Positions 9,105 to 17,042 of a stretch of 38,826 bases of DNA are shown in pieces. The DNA is from an uncultured Flavipsychrobacter sp. (GTDB lineage: Bacteria > Bacteroidota > Bacteroidia > Chitinophagales > Chitinophagaceae), in NCBI GenBank assembly GCA_964396625.1, contig CAYNGS010000001.1:1-38826 (forward strand), in the 5' to 3' direction. Both the position numbers and the translations under genes were made by a program. Numbering within the stretch: the stretch's first letter is position 1; each line of letters starts with the position of its first letter. The notes under the pieces are model-generated. The model did no database searches. It was not told the origin of the DNA and saw only the letters and a list, made by a program, of their open reading frames with translations.

Positions 9105-10103
9105 GTGAAAGCTATTATTCCTGTTGCAGGTGCCGGCACCAAACTGCGCCCGCTCACATATACCCAGCCAAAGGCCTTGATACCTATTGCGGGTAAAACC
9201 ATTCTGGGGGTTATTATCGATCAGTTATTGGAGGCAGGTGTTACAGAATTCGTCTTCGTAATCGGTTACCTCGGCGAAAAGATCCAGCGATATATCGAAA
9301 AAGCTTACCCCAACCTCAAATGCACTATCGTTACACAAAACGACCGGCGCGGCACAGGGCATGCCATATGGCTCACCCGCGATGCTGTTAAGAACGACGA
9401 GGTGATGATAGTTCTGGGAGACACGGTATGCGATTATAATGTCAAGGACATACTCAACAGCACCGTATCGCAGATCGGTGTCCGCAAAGTCGACGACCCC
9501 AGGGGATTCGGCGTGGCAGAGCTCAATGACAAAGATATGGTCGTCCGCATGGTTGAAAAACCGTTGATACCAAAATCAAACATGGCAATGGTGGGCATCT
9601 ACTACATTAAGGAAACCTCTGCCATGTTCGCCGCGCTCGAAAAACACCTTAGCAACACTGCCGACGAAAATGGCGAATACCATCTTACCAACGCCCTGCA
9701 GCATATGGTCGAAGATGGCGTTGCCCTGCATGCATTCCGTGTCACAAACTGGTTCGACTGCGGCAAAAAAGAAACCCTGCTTTCTACCAACGCCATCCTG
9801 CTCAAACAAATGGACGATGAGCACCCGGAAAAACAACCCCACGCGTATGATACTACCGTCATTATCCCACCGGTAAGCATAGCCGAAGGTTGCATTATTC
9901 ACCACTGTATCATCGGCCCAAATGTGACGATTGGCGAACACACCAAAGTTGTGTCGTCCATCATCAAAGATTCCATTATTGGTTCCTACGCCGAGTTGCA
10001 GCAGGTGGTCCTTAATTCTTCCATCATTGGCAATGATGCCTACGTCCGCGGCCTCAGTCAAAGCCTGAACATTGGTGACAATACAGAAATTGATTTAGGA
10101 TAA
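9105..10103 (+). CDS. Sugar-phosphate nucleotidyltransferase (glucose-1-phosphate thymidylyltransferase long-form like) with C-terminal left-handed beta-helix
   Basis: Motifs MKAIIPVAGAGTKLRPLT...PKALIPIAGK, GTGHA, LGD, VEKP, WFDCG; C-terminal hexapeptide repeats IIGPNVTIG. Confidence 0.9.
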   Translation: MKAIIPVAGAGTKLRPLTYTQPKALIPIAGKTILGVIIDQLLEAGVTEFVFVIGYLGEKIQRYIEKAYPNLKCTIVTQNDRRGTGHAIWLTRDAVKNDEVMIVLGDTVCDYNVKDILNSTVSQIGVRKVDDPRGFGVAELNDKDMVVRMVEKPLIPKSNMAMVGIYYIKETSAMFAALEKHLSNTADENGEYHLTNALQHMVEDGVALHAFRVTNWFDCGKKETLLSTNAILLKQMDDEHPEKQPHAYDTTVIIPPVSIAEGCIIHHCIIGPNVTIGEHTKVVSSIIKDSIIGSYAELQQVVLNSSIIGNDAYVRGLSQSLNIGDNTEIDLG

Positions 10104-10104
10104 A

Positions 10105-10134
10105 AGAAAAGATACACTTTAGTGTATCTTTTCT
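10105..10134. terminator. Inverted repeat, likely bidirectional terminator between convergent genes
   Basis: AGAAAAGATACACT (10105-10118) and AGTGTATCTTTTCT (10121-10134) form a perfect 14-bp inverted repeat. The right arm is the last codons of the MFP gene. Confidence 0.65.
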
Positions 10135-11213
10135 CCTTCTTTTAGCTGGTATCCTGCATTTACCACAACTTCTTCGCCACTGTGCAGGTTGCCGAAGATT
10201 TCTGTCGAGTCACCGCTTTGATTGCCCTCGGAAACGTCCACCCATTTCGCAGTGTTGTTATTCGTCGCCACCACATACTTACGCTCGGTTGTTGTCACTA
10301 CAGCCGATTTTGGTACCACAAAAGCGTTCGCGCTGCCGCTGGTCGGCAACACCACTTCCGCATACATCCCCGGCTTGAACTTATTATCCGCATTCAGCAC
10401 ATCAATTTCTATCGTCTCAGAGCGGAAACTGTTATTCAGACTTTGCGATGATCGCGACACTGCCCCCGAAAAATCCTGTCCCGGCAGCGCGTTTGTCTTA
10501 AAATGCACTACATCACCGTTCTTAATCTGTGCTGCATATTGTTCCGGCACATCCACCACCAATCGCAGTTTCGACAGTTGCTGCAGCACCAGCATTGGTT
10601 TCGCATTTTGCGAGCCGGGGCCGGCAAGTGCCCCGGGGTGAATGTTTCGTTCTGTAATAACACCGTCGAATGGCGCAGTAACATTCAAGTAACCCTTTAT
10701 AGTTTCCTGCGCCTTAAAGTTGGCATATTCACCCTGTGCTGTCGCACTGTCCCCCTGCATTTTAGATGCCGCAGCATCCAAATCATACGGAGACACGGTA
10801 CCTGGTGTCTTGCTGGTTTCCAGCAGCCGGCGGTACCGGTCCTTACTCGTTATGTAAGTAGCTTCAGCTTGTGTATACTTCTGCCTTGCGGCAGCCACTT
10901 GTTGCTCTATTTCAGGCGCATCAAGGGTCATGAGCTCTTGTCCCTGCCTCACTACCGATCCTCGGTCTACGAATACATTCTTAACAAATCCATTTACCTT
11001 GGGAAATAGCTGCACAAACTGGAAAGGCTGCATCACACCGGGCAGTTGAACATTGCCGCTTATCTGCCGGGGCTCCAATTCCATGGTCTTGTATCCCGTC
11101 GTTGCAACAGCGCCGGTCGCCTTTTTATCCTCTTTATTTTCATTCGCATTTCCGCACGAGCTAATTATTATAGCAATGACCGCGATGACGAAGATCTGAT
11201 TTCTGTATGTCAT
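10119..11213 (-). CDS. RND efflux periplasmic adaptor subunit (MFP), lipoprotein
   Basis: Lipobox-like ISSC; lipoyl halves KVNGFVKNVFVDRGSVV and TAPFDGVITER; coiled-coil hairpin; FKPGMYA; VVPKSAV. Confidence 0.95.
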   Translation of the reverse strand: MTYRNQIFVIAVIAIIISSCGNANENKEDKKATGAVATTGYKTMELEPRQISGNVQLPGVMQPFQFVQLFPKVNGFVKNVFVDRGSVVRQGQELMTLDAPEIEQQVAAARQKYTQAEATYITSKDRYRRLLETSKTPGTVSPYDLDAAASKMQGDSATAQGEYANFKAQETIKGYLNVTAPFDGVITERNIHPGALAGPGSQNAKPMLVLQQLSKLRLVVDVPEQYAAQIKNGDVVHFKTNALPGQDFSGAVSRSSQSLNNSFRSETIEIDVLNADNKFKPGMYAEVVLPTSGSANAFVVPKSAVVTTTERKYVVATNNNTAKWVDVSEGNQSGDSTEIFGNLHSGEEVVVNAGYQLKEGEKIH

Positions 11214-11218
11214 GATAA

Positions 11219-14200
11219 TTAGTTTAAATTTTCAGGTAATAATGATGGTGATTTCAATGTGGCTTTCTGCTGAAGCCAGGCGTAGCATTGCGGCACAATA
11301 TAAAGCGCAGCGAACGTGGATGCGATCAACCCGCCGATCACAGCTCGCCCCAAAGGCGCCGTCTGGTCACCCGATTCACCCATACCCGAAGCCATGGGTA
11401 TCATCCCTGCTATCATAGCCATACTCGTCATCAGTATAGGCCGAAGCCTTATTGATGCACTGACGGTCGCCGCTCGTACTACGTCGTTATCGTATTCCAC
11501 CCTCAGCTTTTCAGCATTGGTCACAATAAGTATGGCATTTGCCACGCTCACGCCGGTCGACATAATAATACCCATGTACGACTGCAGGTTCAGTGTGCAC
11601 CCCGTCAGCAGCAGTATCACTAATGCACCAAGCAATACCGCAGGTATGGTGCAAAGCACGGACAGCGACACCTTAAAGGATTGGTAGTTTGCTGCCAGCA
11701 GCAGGAAGATGACGATAATGGCAAGCAAAAGGCCGCTCTGAAGGCTGTCCAGGGTCTCAGTCAGCAGGTTCGACATGCCCTGCACATTTACCACCAGGCC
11801 CTTCGGTAGCGCACCGAGCGACTTAATACCTTTATTCACCGCATCTGTGCCCCGCTGTAGATCCGTCTTGTACAGATTCGCGCTTACTGTCACATATCTT
11901 CTCGGTCCGCTGCGGTCATACTCCCCCGCTGATGTATCAATCTGGAAACTTGCCACATCCTGTAGCACAAGCCCGGTCTGGCCTGTTTGCAGCGGTATCT
12001 CCTTCAGATCGTTTACATTGTTCATTATGTATTCCGGCACTTGCGCCTGCACCTGGTAAGTATATGCACTCCTCGTGTCAAGCCACATATTTTTTTCCGT
12101 ATATCGGCTCGATGAGGTAAAGGCAGCTATCGACCTCGACACATCCTGCAATTTCAGCCCCATTTGGGCTATCTTGTACCGGTCCAGTATAATGCTGATC
12201 GTAGGATATTTCAGCGGCTGCTCTATCTGCACGTCGCGCAGAAACGGCACCTGCCTCAGCTCATCGGTCAGCCGGTTTGCATAGTCGGCTATCTCATGCA
12301 TGTCCTTACCCGCCACCTGCACCTCTATAGGCGTCGAGGCGCCCTGGCTCATGATCTTCTCCGTAAGTTCTATCGGCTCAAAGGATACTCTCACATCAGG
12401 TAGTTTACTGCGCACCGCCGCCCGGAATTCTTCCTGGAACTTATCCTTATTCCCTTTGAAGCGCTCATCTATTTGTATCTGCAGCGAGGCCTCATTCGTG
12501 CCGCTGTTAAACAGGTACAAATTCGCAGATGCGTAGTTGGTCGGTGTCATCCCCACAAATCCCGAGCTTATCTCCACGTGATGCCCCGTAATACTGTCCA
12601 GTATTTGCAGTACATTAAGCACCATCCCTTCCGAGCGCTCCAGCCGCGTTCCATCCGGCAGGCGCAGTTTTATCTGGTATTGCCCGTTATTGGTTTTTGG
12701 GAGCAGGTCTTTCCCGATCCACACAAAACACCCGCCCGTAAGCATCAGTACAACGATAAGATAAAAGCTTACATTGCGCTTCTTCCTTTTTATCATTTTA
12801 CTGAGCGATCTGAGAAAGCTCATTTTCACCCGTTCGAAAAGGTCATTTTTTGCCGGCTCTTCCTCTTCCTTTGCCAGGTGTTCCGTCACCTCATCTGCTT
12901 CTGTATCGTTTAATGCAAGCCCCGCATGCGCATGTTTTTGACCGTGATGGTATTGAAACATATCTTCCTTCAGCAGCCAGTTCGCCATTATAGGCACTAT
13001 ACTCTGCGCCAGCACAAAAGAGGCGATCATGGCAAAACCGATAGAAAGCGACAATGGCAGAAACAATGCCCTCGGCACACCGGTCATGATGAATGAAGGT
13101 GCAAATACAGCGATCACGCAAAGCAATATAAGGAACAGCGGGAACGATATCTCAGTGCATGCATCATAGATCGCCTGTCGTTTCGTCTTGCCCATTTCCA
13201 GGTGCTGGTGTATATTTTCTATGGTCACTGTTGCCTGGTCTACAAGAATGCCTATCGCCAGGGCCAGCCCGCTAAGCGTCATTATATTTATCGTTTGTCC
13301 GGCCATCTTCAGGCAAAACACCGCACTCAGCACCGACAGCGGAATGGTGACCACCACCACAATGCAGCTGCGCCAGTCTTTAAGAAAAAGCAGCACCATA
13401 AGGCCCGTCAGGATCGCTCCTATTATACCTTCGGTCACCAGGCTTTTTACCGAGTTCATCACAAATACCGACTGGTCAAACTCGTAGGTGATATGCACAT
13501 CGTCGGGCAACAGGCTTCGCATCTCACCCAGCTTGGCCTTTAGGTTTTTCACCACCTCCCACGTCGATGCATCCGGCGTTTTAACGATGGGCATGTAAAT
13601 CGAGCGCTTCCCGTTTATCAGCGCGTACCCTGTCGTCACATCCGCAGCGTCCTCTATGGTGCCCACATCATGCAGCAATATGGTATTGGTATTGTCCGTT
13701 CTCACCGGTATATCGCCAAAGTCCTTTACCGTATTTTCCAGCGAGTTGGTAGTAGCGATATACATAACATTGCCCGCCCTTATATTTCCCGATGGCGACA
13801 TAACATTATTATGAGCTATTGACTCCACTACTTCATCAGGCGTCAGGTTAAAACTGCGCAGCTTGTTTGGGTCTATATTCACAACCACGGTTCTTATGTT
13901 AGCGCCAACAGGTGGAGGCGCAGACAGTCCCGTCACACTAGAAAACAATGGCCTGATACGCGTTGCCGCCAGGTCATTTATTTCTTCCAGTTTCCTGCTT
14001 TCACTGCTGAATACCAGCGTACCCACGGGTAGCGAAGATGCATCAAATCGTATCACCTGTGGCGGCAGTGCACCCGGCGGAAAAAAGGTCATCGCCCTGT
14101 TTAGCTGCAGCGCCACCTGTGCCGACGCCTCGGCCATATCCGTGCTTTCAAAGAAAGTGAGTTTTAAAATACTGATGCCCTGGATGTTTTTACTCGAAAT

Positions 14201-14437
14201 ATTCTTGATCCCGTTCACATACAGGAATTGATCTGCCAGGCGCGTGGAAAAAAATCCCTCCATTTGCTGCGGCGTCATCCCCCCATATGGCTCTATAACA
14301 TAAATTACCGGCAGATTGAGCTTGGGAAATATATCTATCGGTATCGTCTTTATCGCCAGAAATGAGCTGAAAAATACTGCTGATACGATCACCAGTATAG
14401 TTACAGGCCTTTTGAGCGAGGCTGATACTAAGCTCAT
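11219..14437 (-). CDS. RND efflux transporter permease (AcrB/CusA superfamily)
   Basis: 1072 aa with two large periplasmic loops; motifs IPIDIFP, GILVDQATVTIENI, RLRPILMTS, PLGRAVIGGL. Confidence 0.96.
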   Translation of the reverse strand: MSLVSASLKRPVTILVIVSAVFFSSFLAIKTIPIDIFPKLNLPVIYVIEPYGGMTPQQMEGFFSTRLADQFLYVNGIKNISSKNIQGISILKLTFFESTDMAEASAQVALQLNRAMTFFPPGALPPQVIRFDASSLPVGTLVFSSESRKLEEINDLAATRIRPLFSSVTGLSAPPPVGANIRTVVVNIDPNKLRSFNLTPDEVVESIAHNNVMSPSGNIRAGNVMYIATTNSLENTVKDFGDIPVRTDNTNTILLHDVGTIEDAADVTTGYALINGKRSIYMPIVKTPDASTWEVVKNLKAKLGEMRSLLPDDVHITYEFDQSVFVMNSVKSLVTEGIIGAILTGLMVLLFLKDWRSCIVVVVTIPLSVLSAVFCLKMAGQTINIMTLSGLALAIGILVDQATVTIENIHQHLEMGKTKRQAIYDACTEISFPLFLILLCVIAVFAPSFIMTGVPRALFLPLSLSIGFAMIASFVLAQSIVPIMANWLLKEDMFQYHHGQKHAHAGLALNDTEADEVTEHLAKEEEEPAKNDLFERVKMSFLRSLSKMIKRKKRNVSFYLIVVLMLTGGCFVWIGKDLLPKTNNGQYQIKLRLPDGTRLERSEGMVLNVLQILDSITGHHVEISSGFVGMTPTNYASANLYLFNSGTNEASLQIQIDERFKGNKDKFQEEFRAAVRSKLPDVRVSFEPIELTEKIMSQGASTPIEVQVAGKDMHEIADYANRLTDELRQVPFLRDVQIEQPLKYPTISIILDRYKIAQMGLKLQDVSRSIAAFTSSSRYTEKNMWLDTRSAYTYQVQAQVPEYIMNNVNDLKEIPLQTGQTGLVLQDVASFQIDTSAGEYDRSGPRRYVTVSANLYKTDLQRGTDAVNKGIKSLGALPKGLVVNVQGMSNLLTETLDSLQSGLLLAIIVIFLLLAANYQSFKVSLSVLCTIPAVLLGALVILLLTGCTLNLQSYMGIIMSTGVSVANAILIVTNAEKLRVEYDNDVVRAATVSASIRLRPILMTSMAMIAGMIPMASGMGESGDQTAPLGRAVIGGLIASTFAALYIVPQCYAWLQQKATLKSPSLLPENLN

Positions 14438-14440
14438 AAT

Positions 14441-15847
14441 TTATCGTTTGAAATTTTGTATGAAAATATCTAATTGCCCGGCCAGTCCGGCGCGTATGTA
14501 CAGCAGTTGCAGCAGTTCGTCCTGTGTTATCACATAGTTCGTTTCTGCCTGCAGCAGTGCATATTGTGCATTTGTTACTTCTATCAGCGTATTTAGCCCC
14601 GACCTGTATAGCGCCATCTGTTGCCCGTATGCCTGCCTGGCAGAATAAAGCTGAGTGGGTATTTCTTTCAGCTTTTCCAGCGTCGTCGCGTATGTCGAGT
14701 TAGCCTGCTGCATCATCCTGTTTAGGTTCAGTTGCTCTGTTTGCAGGGTGCTCTGTTTCGCCTGTGCGGCATACCTGCCTTCCACCAGTTGGTCATGGCG
14801 GTGTTTCATGTCAAACAGGTTGTACGAGAGGCTGACTCCAAACAGGTAATTGTTCTTGCTGTACGGCAATCCATCCGAAAGATTATCCGGGTAAACGCCC
14901 GCATACGAGATACCTGAGTTACGAACCCATGCCGCGCCATTGAGGTCCAGCTTCGGCATGTATTTCCTCGCCACCGACTTGTTGTCTGCAATTTGTTGTT
15001 CGTATTGCTTCTCATATACATTTAGTACGGGGTGGTCTGCGGGTACGCTGTCACCCGGCGCGGCCTGCACGGGGTTCTGCAAAAGTGTGGCGCTCACGAA
15101 CGATGTATCCGGGACAATATTTTTTGGATCCACGGCCGCATACGACCCCAGCGTTATTTTGTCATAGTTATACTCATCCAGCGCCTGCAGGTAGGCAATA
15201 CGGGCGTCGGAGTACACTGCACTTGCGGTGCTGCTGTCCACCCCGGGCTTTAGCCCGCTCAGCACAGTGGCTTTTATCGACGTCAGTATCACCTGCGCCC
15301 GGTCCATGTTTTCGGCCTCTATCTGCAGCAGCCGGTATTTCTTCAGCCAGTCCAGGTATAGCGATATCACATTTTCAGAAAGCAGATATTTATCGCTCCC
15401 CAGGTTCGCTTCATTAACAGCCAGTTGCGCCCTTGCCAGTCTTTTCTGCGCGTTATAATACCCGAAATTGTAAAACTCCCATTGCAGCGACGATATAGCG
15501 ATGTTCACCGGGTTAGGATTGTAGTTCGCAGTCGCAGAAGGACTGCCGCCCGGGGTCGACGGCACAATGCCCATCGAGAAGTAAGCCCCCTGTAGTGCAT
15601 TGGTGCTACCCAGGTCCAGCTGATCCTGCAGCACAAAAGACGGAAGCACATTACCTTTTATAGTGTTTACATGCGCCCTTCCCGCCGCTACCTCTGCCTG
15701 CCTTTGTTGCAGCAGCGGATAATTAGTTAAAGTTTTATTTACCGCTTCGTAGAGGTTCAGCACTTGCGCACGTCCCGCCATCGGCGCTAGTAAGATTAGA
15801 ACAAACATCCGGCACATGCCGATGTGCCTGCATAATTTGTTGTCCAT
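14441..15847 (-). CDS. TolC-family outer membrane efflux protein (start may be 15817 or 15808)
   Basis: Signal peptide ...GRA|Q; OEP features such as YRSGLNTLIEVTNAQ; lies 3 nt upstream of the RND permease. Confidence 0.92.
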   Translation of the reverse strand: MDNKLCRHIGMCRMFVLILLAPMAGRAQVLNLYEAVNKTLTNYPLLQQRQAEVAAGRAHVNTIKGNVLPSFVLQDQLDLGSTNALQGAYFSMGIVPSTPGGSPSATANYNPNPVNIAISSLQWEFYNFGYYNAQKRLARAQLAVNEANLGSDKYLLSENVISLYLDWLKKYRLLQIEAENMDRAQVILTSIKATVLSGLKPGVDSSTASAVYSDARIAYLQALDEYNYDKITLGSYAAVDPKNIVPDTSFVSATLLQNPVQAAPGDSVPADHPVLNVYEKQYEQQIADNKSVARKYMPKLDLNGAAWVRNSGISYAGVYPDNLSDGLPYSKNNYLFGVSLSYNLFDMKHRHDQLVEGRYAAQAKQSTLQTEQLNLNRMMQQANSTYATTLEKLKEIPTQLYSARQAYGQQMALYRSGLNTLIEVTNAQYALLQAETNYVITQDELLQLLYIRAGLAGQLDIFIQNFKR

Positions 15848-15904
15848 AAATATTTGTGATCAGGCATAGAGCCCGTTTAAGAGTGAAATAATAATAATAC
15901 TAAA

Positions 15905-16270
15905 TTAAATATTATTAGCCGGAGGGCCTCTTAAGTTATTCCTGAAGAAGTGGGTAGATTGGACGTAAACAACACAAACCGCATATACCGGCTTGTCGCT
16001 ATGACAAATTTCAGACGATTGGCACCAAGGTACTGATATATCAATGTCCGAATTATCGTCCCATGCTTTTACGCGTATTTTATTTTTTGTTTCCTTGTTG
16101 TTTTCCTTATTCAGTTTTACCGAATTGGGCAAAACATTTTGTACCCTGCTGCTGGTAAGAACCGACTCCCGCGCACCCCTCTTTAAAAGGATGGCGCTAT
16201 CCCCCATGCAATTCAAACTAAACAGAATTGCGATCAGAGGCAGTAGAACAAAGAAAACTCTTTTATTCAT
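15905..16270 (-). CDS. Small signal-peptide protein with C-terminal RGPP motif; candidate regulatory leader of the efflux operon
   Basis: Hydrophobic N-terminus MNKRVFFVLLPLIAILFSLNC; ends ...HFFRNNLRGPPANNI; TAnnTTTG element 8 nt upstream; 57-nt gap to the tolC-like gene. Confidence 0.7.
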   Translation of the reverse strand: MNKRVFFVLLPLIAILFSLNCMGDSAILLKRGARESVLTSSRVQNVLPNSVKLNKENNKETKNKIRVKAWDDNSDIDISVPWCQSSEICHSDKPVYAVCVVYVQSTHFFRNNLRGPPANNI

Positions 16271-16278
16271 TTGAAGCG

Positions 16279-16286
16279 CAAAGGTA
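16279..16286 (-). promoter_or_regulatory. -7 element (TACCTTTG) for the RGPP ORF and efflux operon
   Basis: Exact TAnnTTTG match; minus strand reads TACCTTTG-CGCTTCAA-ATG. Confidence 0.6.
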
Positions 16287-16411
16287 TAGCATTAATATTA
16301 AATGGGTGATTTTGTACGGAAAGTCACAGAATATTAACATCTTAATTACGTACAGAACAACCTTCACATGGCAAATACATTAAAATCCGTCCGTACCGCA
16401 GTAGTTTTCTT

Positions 16412-16482
16412 AAAAGCCTGAAAGGCTGGCATCATTATAGAAAAACGATCAACGCATTTAGTTAAACCCCGAAGGGTGACAT
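16412..16482. repeat. Two related short palindromic units (REP-like)
   Basis: AAAAGCCTGAAAGGCTGGCAT (16412-16432) and AAACCCCGAAGGGTGACAT (16464-16482). Each is a GAA-containing mini-hairpin followed by G(G/A)CAT. Confidence 0.4.
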
Positions 16483-17007
16483 AAATTGAGCTCATTCCCA
16501 TTTCTCCGCGCCCGGACATTGTGGCACAAGAGCATTCCTGTCGTAGAAAATTTCAACAAATCGGTCCTCCTTGCGACGCACACGTTTGGCTTGGTGTGGT
16601 GCCGTGTGCAGAAGCAATCACGCGAAGTACCGTTTTTACCTCCCGCTTCATGTCAGCCATAGACCACAATATTTCTCCACATTTTTTAAACTACTAAAAC
16701 ATTTCACCAGCATCGGCATCACCCCATCCTGCATATAAAATTGTTGATAATTCCTTCACTTCGACTATGGCGGTAATAATATTTCGGTACAGTTTTTGCG
16801 CTATAATTCTTACGTAGCGCACAGAAAAATTCCGACAAACTATAGCCTGAACAGACCATGCCGAAGTGTGATAAGACTGTGATATTTTTCGGCGCAACGC
16901 CATGATAGTCAGCTAAAACATGTCAAAATTTTTTTCAGTCCAAAGTGTGATATTTTATCAACCGTACTGCTTTTTTTATTCAATCACGGCACTTTTCTCA
17001 TTTCTGG

Positions 17008-17038
17008 TTTGACCTTTGACGTAACAACCCTATCTTAG
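17008..17038 (+). promoter_or_regulatory. polA promoter: -33 TTTG and -7 TATCTTAG
   Basis: TTTG (17008-17011), a 19-nt spacer, then TATCTTAG (17031-17038; one mismatch to TAnnTTTG), then 4 nt before the ATG. Confidence 0.6.
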
Positions 17039-17042
17039 CAAT

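Noticed and set aside
16694-16903. 69-aa ORF in the efflux-polA intergenic region
   Set aside because: No motif, signal peptide or convincing start context; it cannot be supported as a gene.
16290-17000. Riboswitch or ncRNA in the long intergenic region
   Set aside because: I recognised no conserved riboswitch, tRNA or tmRNA features. An Infernal/Rfam scan would be needed to exclude one.
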